Of a DNA stretch of 64,000 nt, positions 40,596-49,558 are shown piece after piece; positions within the stretch are counted from its first letter, which is position 1; each line of letters begins with the position of its first letter. The notes beneath the pieces were generated by a model. It was given only the letters and a program-made list of their open reading frames with translations. It was not told the origin of the DNA and did no database searches. Both the position numbers and the translations under genes were made by a program. Origin of the DNA: an uncultured Sphingobacteriales bacterium (GTDB taxonomy: Bacteria; Bacteroidota; Bacteroidia; CAILMK01; CAYYUA01); assembly GCA_964549595.1 (NCBI GenBank), contig CAZJWK010000003.1, positions 3,242 to 67,241 of the forward strand, in the 5' to 3' direction.

Positions 40596-41705
40596 TTAGC
40601 GGACACGTTTACGCCTGTTCCTTTCATAATCCTCAAAAATGTATTCACCTAACCCTTCAAGGCTTGTGTAGAAAGCTTTGCCATTATTGGCTTCTGTAAA
40701 TTCCCTTACAAATTGCTGGAGAAAAGGGTCAGAAGCCACCATGAAGGTATTGATCAATATATCCTGTTTTCGGCATTGCCGGGCAAGGTTCAGGGTTTTA
40801 TTCAGTATTTCCTTGTCAAGCCCCATACTGTTTTGGTAGTACTTCAAACCCACTTTCATACAGGTGGGTTTGCCATCCGTTATCATGAAAATTTGCTTAT
40901 TGGCATTCTTTTTCCGGCGTAACAAATCCATTGCCAATTCCAGGCCGGCAATGGTATTGGTATGGTAAGGGCCAACCTGCAAATAAGGAAGGTCCTTTAT
41001 TTTAATTTGCCAGGCGTCATTGCCAAAAACGATCACATCCAAAGTATCCTTAGGGTATTTTTTGGTTATCAATTCAGCCAGGGCCATAGCGGTTTTCTTC
41101 GCAGGCGTAATCCGGTCTTCCCCGTAAAGGATCATGGAATGGGAAATATCGATCATCAAAACAGTAGACATTTGCGCTTTATACTCCTGCTCATTCACTT
41201 CCAGATCATCCTCGGTCATCTGAAAATCTCCTACCCCATTATTAATCTGAGCATTACGAATGGAATCCGTCATGGCAATATTTTCCGGGGCATCACCAAA
41301 TTGAAAAGCCCGCCTGTCAGTAATGGGTTCATCCCCAGCCCCTTGATGCGGTGTTGAGTGATTACCCGGCCCGGATTTTTTGAGTTTCCCGAAAATATCT
41401 TCAAGGGATTGTTGACGAATAGTTTGTTCAGATTTGGCAGTCAAACCAAAATTACCATTGCCTTGCCCATTAGGGTCATCTGTTATATAACCTTTTTCCT
41501 TCAATTCTTCAATGAAATCGTCTAAGGAATACTCCTCACCCGTGAAATTATATCTTTCATCCAGTTGCCGCATCCATTCCAATGCTTCATCCACATCACC
41601 CGAAGTATACATCATGATTTGTGTAAAAATGTCCAATAAATTTTGGAATTGGTTCTCCGGCTTTTTTTCCTCGGGAATGTAATCAGTAAATAAGTGACCT
41701 ATCAT
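40596..41705 (-). CDS. VWA-domain protein with MIDAS motif (CoxE/ChlD-C-terminal-like), partner of the upstream ATPase
   Basis: 369 aa; MIDAS DISHS, Thr and Asp downstream (ITDGKPT); same strand, 54-nt spacer from ATPase. Confidence 0.65.
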   Translation of the reverse strand: MIGHLFTDYIPEEKKPENQFQNLLDIFTQIMMYTSGDVDEALEWMRQLDERYNFTGEEYSLDDFIEELKEKGYITDDPNGQGNGNFGLTAKSEQTIRQQSLEDIFGKLKKSGPGNHSTPHQGAGDEPITDRRAFQFGDAPENIAMTDSIRNAQINNGVGDFQMTEDDLEVNEQEYKAQMSTVLMIDISHSMILYGEDRITPAKKTAMALAELITKKYPKDTLDVIVFGNDAWQIKIKDLPYLQVGPYHTNTIAGLELAMDLLRRKKNANKQIFMITDGKPTCMKVGLKYYQNSMGLDKEILNKTLNLARQCRKQDILINTFMVASDPFLQQFVREFTEANNGKAFYTSLEGLGEYIFEDYERNRRKRVR

Positions 41706-41875
41706 AAGTCCTGTAAGTTATTGTTTTTTAAACAAACGAATTGGGTTTCGGTTTGGTTTTAAAAACCTGGTTAAATTTCTTCATTGACTGCCTCGGAACT
41801 TTTGATTTCAGTTTGGTATTTTACAGGAAACCGGTAAAGGAATCTTGTTAATTTGCCCAGTAAAAAGATTGTTCA

Positions 41876-42631
41876 TTGTGTGTGTTAACCTTCATACCTT
41901 TTAAAGAGGGAGGATTTGATTTGACTTCCAACCGGGATGAAAGTCCCCAAAGGAAAAAAGCCCTATTCCCTTCCATTAAAAAGACCCCTTATTACCAACT
42001 GATTTTCCCAAAGGACGGGGATCAAGGCGGAACATGGATAGCGGCAACAGGAAATCCGAAATTGGTTTGTCTGTTAAACGGGGCTTTTGAACCCCACCAA
42101 CCTGAGCCCCCTTATTATAAGAGCCGAGGGTTAGTGGTATTAGATGTTTTCGAGTACCCTCAATTTATTGATTTTTACAATGACTCGGATCTTTCCGGAA
42201 TTGAACCTTTTACCATGGTCTGTATTGAGCCCCTGGAAAATGACTTCGGGCTCTATGAACTCAAATGGGACGGGGAAAATAAGCATTTGACAGAACTGGA
42301 TTCCAAAAAGCCACACCTTTGGGCTTCTGCCAGTCTTTATTCTTCTCAAGCCCAATTAAAAAGGAATAAGTTTTTCCATTCATGGCTTCAACAGGAAGAA
42401 ACCATTGATTGGGAAAAATTGGAAGGCCTGCATACGCAATTAAAGATGGGCCGATTCAAAGAAGATTATCTGGAAAATAACCAATTACCCCCGGTGGTAA
42501 CCCGAAGCATAACCCACATTAGCTATGGGAGGGAAAATATAATCCGGTACAAAGACCTGCATCAGCAAAAAATAATGACTGAAGCCCTACCCAACCCTTG
42601 GGAAAAGGTTGAAAAATCAGGCCTTCAATAG
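41876..42631 (+). CDS. NRDE family protein (TANGO2-like, Ntn-hydrolase fold)
   Basis: 251 aa; N-terminal MCV...TSNRDE signature. Confidence 0.7.
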   Translation: MCVLTFIPFKEGGFDLTSNRDESPQRKKALFPSIKKTPYYQLIFPKDGDQGGTWIAATGNPKLVCLLNGAFEPHQPEPPYYKSRGLVVLDVFEYPQFIDFYNDSDLSGIEPFTMVCIEPLENDFGLYELKWDGENKHLTELDSKKPHLWASASLYSSQAQLKRNKFFHSWLQQEETIDWEKLEGLHTQLKMGRFKEDYLENNQLPPVVTRSITHISYGRENIIRYKDLHQQKIMTEALPNPWEKVEKSGLQ

Positions 42632-42668
42632 TTTTTAAAGGGTATCAAATCCCATTAAAGGCCCCGGC

Positions 42669-43976
42669 CTAATCATCCACTATTCCAGAATTAAGGCGTT
42701 CTAAACCGACAAGTTTGTAGGTATTCAGAAACGGGGAGCGAAAGTAGACAAAAATGGTGTAATCATTTTCTGTCTCATAATGGCTTCCTTCAATTTTACG
42801 GGCATTGATATTTTCCCCATAATTTGAGGCCACGACATACTTATAGTCGTAATAACCTTGTTTAAGCAAAACCGATTGATGATAAACCTTTTGCTCAGGA
42901 TAAAATTTCATTTGAAATTTATCCCTGACCATCCAATCCGATAACCCGCCAAAAACGAAAATACCCTGGTTTTCTTCCAAAGCCAGGTTTGCTTTCAAAT
43001 AAAAATTAACGGAAACATAATCGGCCTGGAGTTGTGGTTTTTGACCACTTTTAGAATGGATAATGCGGCTACCATTCAGGTCATCGTGGGTAGTATGGGA
43101 TTTAAAGGAGCGGTCTTCATCCTTCAAAAGGTGTGCTTGGTAAAAGGAATCTAATTTAAGGGTTTTGACACCCCTTCTGGCTTGCTTTAAAGAAGTAATG
43201 TCAAACGTTCTGAATTCATTACCCGCATTGAATAAATTTTTCTCGTCATAATCATAAATCAATTTTTTCCCCTGCACATAACTGGGTTTTAGGCCTACAA
43301 TGGCATTATCCCATCTTTCATTTTGCCTAATGACAACCAAAAATTCCCGGAGAGGATTGGATACTTTTGACAAATTCTGGTAATTAATCTGAAAATCCAC
43401 CTCATGCTTATAATCCCTGTATCGAACAAAGGTGGCCCTTTTCACTTCGCCTTCCGTGGAGACCTTATTTTCCACGACAAAAAAGCGCCTTGTAAGAATC
43501 AGGTTTTCCTTATTGCCACTTTTGTACACCTTAAGAATGTAATTACCGGGTATTTTGGGCTTCATATTCCGGGTAGGAAAGGTGAACCAGTAATGAACGT
43601 AATCGTGGTAGGTATTAAAAGAATGGTCATAGTTATTGATGAAACCACTGTTGATGCCATCAATATATTGGCTGGTACTTAAATCACTTGCCCGCCAATC
43701 CGGAGTACAGTGCTGAATTGTAAACTTGTAATCCGCTACTTTGTGGCTGAGCTTGTCAAAAGATAATTTCAGTTTTGTACTGCCACCAAGTTTTAACACA
43801 GGGGTTGAATTCTCAACCCCGTTTTTTTTAAAAATTACGGTTTTAATGCCTTTCTGGTAAACTTCATTTCGCCAAATGCGAGAATCATCCGGATCCTCAG
43901 CCAACAACAACGCTGGTATCTGAAGCAAACAAAACAGGGGTAATAAATAATGTTGGTACAATGGAATCCCGTTCAA
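42669..43976 (-). CDS. Secreted hypothetical protein (DUF5103-like)
   Basis: 435 aa; signal peptide; size and composition similar to Bacteroidetes DUF5103 proteins; tentative. Confidence 0.45.
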   Translation of the reverse strand: MNGIPLYQHYLLPLFCLLQIPALLLAEDPDDSRIWRNEVYQKGIKTVIFKKNGVENSTPVLKLGGSTKLKLSFDKLSHKVADYKFTIQHCTPDWRASDLSTSQYIDGINSGFINNYDHSFNTYHDYVHYWFTFPTRNMKPKIPGNYILKVYKSGNKENLILTRRFFVVENKVSTEGEVKRATFVRYRDYKHEVDFQINYQNLSKVSNPLREFLVVIRQNERWDNAIVGLKPSYVQGKKLIYDYDEKNLFNAGNEFRTFDITSLKQARRGVKTLKLDSFYQAHLLKDEDRSFKSHTTHDDLNGSRIIHSKSGQKPQLQADYVSVNFYLKANLALEENQGIFVFGGLSDWMVRDKFQMKFYPEQKVYHQSVLLKQGYYDYKYVVASNYGENINARKIEGSHYETENDYTIFVYFRSPFLNTYKLVGLERLNSGIVDD

Positions 43977-44070
43977 TTTAATTTTACCTTCTTAAGCCGC
44001 CTTAAGGTTTATTTTTAAATCAGCCTTAGGCAGGTTTTAAAACCAAACTTAAAATGCCTTTGTGTTATAT

Positions 44071-44877
44071 CTATTTACCGCCATTGGCTTTTAGATCATC
44101 CCGGCAATTCACATCCAACTCCGGGACTGACCCGCCTAACAACTTTTCAACCACATCGCCGGTTTTTACGGTCCAGTGCATCAAACAGTTGTCTTCATCA
44201 CAGTGCTTACCATGTTGTTCATCCTGATGATCCGTTTGCATCGAACTACCATTATTGACTAAACCCAGATTATGTCCCATTTCATGGTTGATCACCGCAT
44301 TTTCTAATTTATGGGTGGCCGGTTCGTTTAGTCCTCCGGATAGTTCTTGTATGGTTTCTTCATATATCACCATGGATGTATTCCGGTAAGCCACTCCCAG
44401 GGTTTTGGAATTATCCGTATCATCCTCATGCTCCCCGTTGATAAAAAGAAAATAAACCCCAATGGTATTCCCCTCATTATAAACATTCCGGTTGGCGTCT
44501 TCAATGTCAATAACTTCCTGAACCGAATAATCATCATCCCCGCCAGGCTCGCCAATTCTGGTTTTTTTAAATTCAAAACCTTGCGGTTTGTGTAAGTATT
44601 TTTCTAAAAAGTTTTTGAAACTATCCAATGCCCGGTCAGTGGGTTTATAGTCCTCCACATATTGAATTTCCACCTTCATTTTACTGAAATCCTTGTTGGC
44701 TAATAAAGCATTAGCAGATTCACCTGTACCTTTTTTATTGGCTTCATGCTTGGTAGTACCGCCATTTCCACCATTATTATTCCCGCCATTATCCGGATCA
44801 CTTCCATCATCTTTTTCACAGGCCACAATAATGAAGAATAACGCAAAAAAACCCAGCAATAACTTTTTGTTAACCAT
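44071..44877 (-). CDS. Putative zinc metallopeptidase lipoprotein (HExxH)
   Basis: ~268 aa from the lipoprotein-type start MVNKKLLLGFFALFFIIVAC; G/N-rich linker; HEMGHNLGL zinc motif. Confidence 0.6.
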   Translation of the reverse strand: MVNKKLLLGFFALFFIIVACEKDDGSDPDNGGNNNGGNGGTTKHEANKKGTGESANALLANKDFSKMKVEIQYVEDYKPTDRALDSFKNFLEKYLHKPQGFEFKKTRIGEPGGDDDYSVQEVIDIEDANRNVYNEGNTIGVYFLFINGEHEDDTDNSKTLGVAYRNTSMVIYEETIQELSGGLNEPATHKLENAVINHEMGHNLGLVNNGSSMQTDHQDEQHGKHCDEDNCLMHWTVKTGDVVEKLLGGSVPELDVNCRDDLKANGGK

Positions 44878-44925
44878 ATAATCAATACTATATTTCCAAT
44901 CAAACAATCTACTCACCTTATTCAT

Positions 44926-45369
44926 TTACTTTTCCTTTAATTGCGGGTAATCAATTTTTGTGGGAACAATTAGCACCGTGGAAAATTCTTCCTTAAGCTT
45001 ATAAAAAAGCTTTTGGGCTTCCATCTTATTCCTGAAATTACCCACCCGGATTTTAAAGTTGGGCTGTTCGTAAACCATATAAGCCCTTTTTCCGGGGAAA
45101 TGCTTGTAAAACCTGGCCTTTATATCCTGCGCTTTTTGCCTTTTTTTCCCAAAATAAATCTGAATGCGATAGCCTTGAAAGGTTTCATCACCTCTATTTT
45201 TCATTTTGGTATGCTTCAATAAGGCATTCAAATCTTTTGACTTCTTTATCTTTAATTGCCCTTTTTGAACCGTATCAGCCGGATTACCACAAATGGTCTT
45301 TTGGCCTTTAACCTGGATACTGCAAAAAAATATCAGAGAACCCGTCAATAACACTTTAAGTATTTGCAT
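44926..45369 (-). CDS. SPOR-domain (peptidoglycan-binding) protein
   Basis: 147 aa; signal peptide; C-terminal SPOR-like GYRIQIYFGKKRQKAQDIKARFYKHFPGKRAYMVYEQPNFKIRVGNF. Confidence 0.65.
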   Translation of the reverse strand: MQILKVLLTGSLIFFCSIQVKGQKTICGNPADTVQKGQLKIKKSKDLNALLKHTKMKNRGDETFQGYRIQIYFGKKRQKAQDIKARFYKHFPGKRAYMVYEQPNFKIRVGNFRNKMEAQKLFYKLKEEFSTVLIVPTKIDYPQLKEK

Positions 45370-46015
45370 GACTGATAATTTTTAAACCGGAAGAGGTTCC
45401 AAGGCGATCTGCTCCGGCCTCTATTAATTCCATCGCCTGCTGGGCTTCCTTGATTCCCCCGGAAGCTTTTATTTTAATGGATTCAGGCAAATGCTCCCGC
45501 ATTAACCTGATTGCTTCCACATTGGCATAGCCTCCATTAAAGCCGGTACAGGTTTTCACATAATCCACCTTAGCCTCTGAACAAAGTTTACAAGCTTGAA
45601 TGACCTCATTTTCATCCAATAAGCCTATCTCGATAATGGTTTTTACCGTCTTATTGTAATAATGGCCATAGCCAATAATTTGCTTCATGTCTTCTTTAAC
45701 GTACTCATAAGAACCCGATTTGAAAGCAGCAACATTCATTACCATATCAAGTTCATCAGCCCCATCTTCTATGGCTTTTTTGGCTTCCTCAGCCTTAATG
45801 GTGGTTTTGCCATAACCCAGCGGAAAACCAATAACCGTTACCAAATTCACCTGGCTGTTTCCCAATTGTTGACCGGCATCCTTCACAAAACAGGGCGGAA
45901 TACAACAACCTGCAAAATTGTTATCCACAGATTCGCTGCATGTATCTTGGATATCCTTTTCTGTGGCCTGGGGTTTTAGTAAGGTATGGTCGATGTATTG
46001 ATTAATACTACTCAC
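45356..46015 (-). CDS. deoC: Deoxyribose-phosphate aldolase
   Basis: 219 aa; DeoC class I aldolase motifs (Schiff-base Lys region DYVKTCTGF). Confidence 0.85.
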   Translation of the reverse strand: MSSINQYIDHTLLKPQATEKDIQDTCSESVDNNFAGCCIPPCFVKDAGQQLGNSQVNLVTVIGFPLGYGKTTIKAEEAKKAIEDGADELDMVMNVAAFKSGSYEYVKEDMKQIIGYGHYYNKTVKTIIEIGLLDENEVIQACKLCSEAKVDYVKTCTGFNGGYANVEAIRLMREHLPESIKIKASGGIKEAQQAMELIEAGADRLGTSSGLKIISHANT

Positions 46016-46017
46016 TG

Positions 46018-49000
46018 TTATTCATTTTTACCGTGACAATGTTTGTATTTCTTTCCACTACCACAGGGACAAGGTTCGTTCCGTCCTGTTTTTTCGCCAA
46101 CCCGAACAGGTTCTTGTTTGGCACCCCCTTCTGCATTGGTAGAAGTTTCTCCCTGGGGTGCTGCATCCGGATAATCGTTGGTACGGGAGGTCTGAAGTTG
46201 ATCCATATCACCTTTTTTGCTTGGCGCCTCCTTGGCCTCTTTCACGTCTTCGGAATCATCGGTTACAATATCAGCTTTTGCCAGTAAAGAAAGTACATCC
46301 CGGTTCACTTTGGCCAGCATTTGCTGGAATAACTTGAAGGACTCAAACTTATAGACCAGCAAAGGATCTTTTTGTTCGTAAACGGCATTTTGAACCGACT
46401 GTTTTAGCTCGTCTATCTCCCGAAGATGCTCCTTCCAGGCATCATCTATGATAGAAAGGGTGGTCATCTTTTCAAAATCCAGGATAACCTGGCGAGCCTC
46501 CGTCTCATAAGCTTTCTTTAAATTGGTCGTTACCTGGACCTGCTTCTCTCCATCCGAAAAGGGTGCAACAATATTTTCAATTTGCTGCCCTTTTTGCTCA
46601 TAAACATCCTTAATGACTGGGTAGGCTTTTTGACGAATGCGTTCCGTTTTGCTCCGGTAAGCATCACTGATGTGCCGGTAGAGTTGTTGGGTCAGCTCTT
46701 CTTGTTTGCTATTAAGCATTTCCTCTTCAGTGAATGGGAGATCGGAAGCAAAGACCCTCAGCACCTCCATTTTCATACCCTCGTAATCAGAAAAAGGCTG
46801 GTAATTACCGATTATCTCCTCGCAAAGGTCTTCTGTCATATGGTTAAGGTCTACAGCCAGGCGATCACCATAAAGGGCATTTCGCCGCTTTTTGTAAATG
46901 ACTTCACGCTGGTTATTGGTGACATCGTCATATTCAAGAAGCCTTTTCCGTATACCAAAATTGTTTTGCTCCACCTTTTTCTGTGCCTTTTCAATGGAAC
47001 CTGAAACCCATGAATGCTGGATTACCTCACCTTCTTCCAATCCCATCCGGTCCATATACTTCGCGATCTTTTCGGAACCAAACAAACGCATGAGGTTATC
47101 TTCCAGGGAGACGAAAAACTGCGAAGACCCCGGGTCTCCCTGTCGACCTGCCCGGCCCCTAAGCTGCCTGTCAACCCGCCTGGCTTCATGCCGCTCAGTG
47201 CCAACAATGGCTAACCCACCGGCTTCTACAACACCTTCCCCCAGTTTGATATCCGTTCCCCTACCGGCCATATTGGTAGCAATAGTGATGGCTCCGGGTT
47301 GACCGGCTTCTGAGACAATTTCAGCCTCACGCTGGTGATGCTTTGCATTAAGGACATTATGCTTGAGCCCTTGCCTTTTCAACATACGGCTTAAGAGTTC
47401 GGAAACTTCCACTGAGGTAGTACCTACCAAAACCGGACGTCCCGCATTCACCAATCGCTCAACCTCTTCTGTTACCGCATTGTACTTTTCCCGTTTGGTT
47501 TTATAAACCATGTCGTCCTTATCTTCACGAACCACCGGCATATGGGTCGGTATAACAACCACATCAAGGCCGTAAATTTCCATGAATTCCCCGGCTTCCG
47601 TTTCAGCCGTACCCGTCATACCGGACAATTTATGATACATCCGGAAATAATTCTGAAGCGTTACACTGGCATAGGTTTGTGTAGATGATTCGACCTGCAC
47701 ATTTTCCTTTGCCTCAATAGCCTGGTGTAAACCATCCGAATACCTTCTGCCTTCCAAAACCCGGCCGGTTTGTTCATCCACAATTTTAACCTTGCCCTCG
47801 GAGAGAATGTAATCCACATCCACTTCAAAAAGGGTATAAGCTTTTAAAAGCTGATTAATGGTATGAATCCGTTCAGACTTAACGGCAAAATCCCGCATTA
47901 ACTCATCTTTCTTGCGCGTTTTTTCCTCATCACTCATCTCTGCCCTTTCAATTTCCGCCATCTGCTCACCCACATTAGGCATGACGAAAAAGTCACTTTC
48001 TTCAGTCTCTTTTGAAATCAGTTCAATGCCCTTATCAGTGAGTTCTACGTTATTATTTTTCTCGTCTATGGTAAAAAACAGGTTTTCATCCACCTTGTGC
48101 ATTTCCTTTCCCTGGTCTTGCATAAAATGATTCTCCACCTTCTGAAGGAAAGCCTTCACGCCTGGTTCACTCAAGTATTTAATGAGGGCTTTGTTGCGTG
48201 GTAAGCCCCGATAAGCCCGAAGAAGCTCCATAGAGCCTTCATCGGTTTCCTTCATGTTTTCAATGGTGTTTTCTTTGATGGCTTTTTTCGCATTGGTCAA
48301 AGCCTTGTTGACATAATCTTTTTGCGCATTAATGAGCTTTTCAACCTTTGGCTTAAGTTCATAAAACTTCTCCTGATCTTTGTCGGAAGTTTCTGTAGGG
48401 CCGGAGATCACCAGTGGTGTCCGGGCATCATCAATGAGCACGGAATCTACCTCATCAATCATGGCAAAATGGTGCTTACGCTGGACAATATCCTCAGTGG
48501 AGCGAGCCATGTTATCCCGGAGGTAATCAAAGCCAAATTCATTATTGGTTCCGTAAACAATATCAGCTTGATAGGCTTTTCGGCGCCCTTCGGAATTGGC
48601 AGAAAAATGTTCAATACAATCCACTGTAATTCCCAGAAAATTGTACAAGGGCCCGTTCCATTTACTATCCCTGCGCGCCAGGAAGTCATTGACCGTTACG
48701 ATGTGAACGGCATGGCCACTTAAGGCATTGAGGTAAGCCGGTAAGGTGGAAACCAAGGTTTTCCCTTCACCAGTAGCCATTTCCGCGATCTTTCCCTGGT
48801 GAAGCACAATCCCTCCTATTAATTGGACGTCAAAATGCACCATATCCCAATTTATGGGAATACCGGCTGCATCCCATTCCGTATCATAAAGGACCTTGTC
48901 CCCTTCAATTTTGATATGTTCATGTTCAGCCGCCAATTCACGGTCTAATTCATTAGCCGTAGCCTCCACTTGCTCATTTTCCTTGAAACGTCTGGCGGTT

Positions 49001-49362
49001 TCCTTCATCACAGCAAAAACTTCCGGGAGCAATTGTTCCAATATTTCTTCCAAGTATTTATCCCGTTCCTTCTCCAGTCGATCCAGCTCTTCGTAAATCT
49101 TTTCTTTTTCTTCAGGGTGCATATCCGGGTTTTCATCCATTTGAGTCCGGTAATCCTTCATTTCCTTATCAATATCACCCAGGTAATCCTTTATGCGGCT
49201 TTTGAATTCATCCGTTTTTTGCCTCAGCTCATCATTGGTCAGGGATTCCAAAGCCTCAAACTGTTCGTTTATCTGATGCACAATGGGCTGTATAGCCTTT
49301 ATATCCCGCTCAGATTTGCTACCGAAAAGCTTGGCCATTATGTTCGTTATGAAATTGCTCAT
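46018..49362 (-). CDS. secA: Preprotein translocase ATPase SecA
   Basis: 1114 aa; DEAD-motor motifs, C-terminal zinc-binding CPCGSGKKYKHCHG. Confidence 0.95.
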   Translation of the reverse strand: MSNFITNIMAKLFGSKSERDIKAIQPIVHQINEQFEALESLTNDELRQKTDEFKSRIKDYLGDIDKEMKDYRTQMDENPDMHPEEKEKIYEELDRLEKERDKYLEEILEQLLPEVFAVMKETARRFKENEQVEATANELDRELAAEHEHIKIEGDKVLYDTEWDAAGIPINWDMVHFDVQLIGGIVLHQGKIAEMATGEGKTLVSTLPAYLNALSGHAVHIVTVNDFLARRDSKWNGPLYNFLGITVDCIEHFSANSEGRRKAYQADIVYGTNNEFGFDYLRDNMARSTEDIVQRKHHFAMIDEVDSVLIDDARTPLVISGPTETSDKDQEKFYELKPKVEKLINAQKDYVNKALTNAKKAIKENTIENMKETDEGSMELLRAYRGLPRNKALIKYLSEPGVKAFLQKVENHFMQDQGKEMHKVDENLFFTIDEKNNNVELTDKGIELISKETEESDFFVMPNVGEQMAEIERAEMSDEEKTRKKDELMRDFAVKSERIHTINQLLKAYTLFEVDVDYILSEGKVKIVDEQTGRVLEGRRYSDGLHQAIEAKENVQVESSTQTYASVTLQNYFRMYHKLSGMTGTAETEAGEFMEIYGLDVVVIPTHMPVVREDKDDMVYKTKREKYNAVTEEVERLVNAGRPVLVGTTSVEVSELLSRMLKRQGLKHNVLNAKHHQREAEIVSEAGQPGAITIATNMAGRGTDIKLGEGVVEAGGLAIVGTERHEARRVDRQLRGRAGRQGDPGSSQFFVSLEDNLMRLFGSEKIAKYMDRMGLEEGEVIQHSWVSGSIEKAQKKVEQNNFGIRKRLLEYDDVTNNQREVIYKKRRNALYGDRLAVDLNHMTEDLCEEIIGNYQPFSDYEGMKMEVLRVFASDLPFTEEEMLNSKQEELTQQLYRHISDAYRSKTERIRQKAYPVIKDVYEQKGQQIENIVAPFSDGEKQVQVTTNLKKAYETEARQVILDFEKMTTLSIIDDAWKEHLREIDELKQSVQNAVYEQKDPLLVYKFESFKLFQQMLAKVNRDVLSLLAKADIVTDDSEDVKEAKEAPSKKGDMDQLQTSRTNDYPDAAPQGETSTNAEGGAKQEPVRVGEKTGRNEPCPCGSGKKYKHCHGKNE

Positions 49363-49558
49363 TTTTGGTAATTATACTTTTGTAACCGTTTAAAACCGTT
49401 TCAAAAATAACAATGCCTAAACGAAAGAAAGCCATTCAAAGCATTTTTCGTTATAAGCATTTCATTTCTTGCTAATTAATGAATCCAACCCCATCAATGT
49501 TCCTGAAAACGATACAAACATTGTAACCTGCCTTTCATTAAGTCAGGGCTTGGTTTTG

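Noticed and set aside
46582-49371. Several 60-140-aa plus-strand ORFs inside secA
   Set aside because: All antisense to the 1114-aa SecA gene whose motifs are unambiguous.
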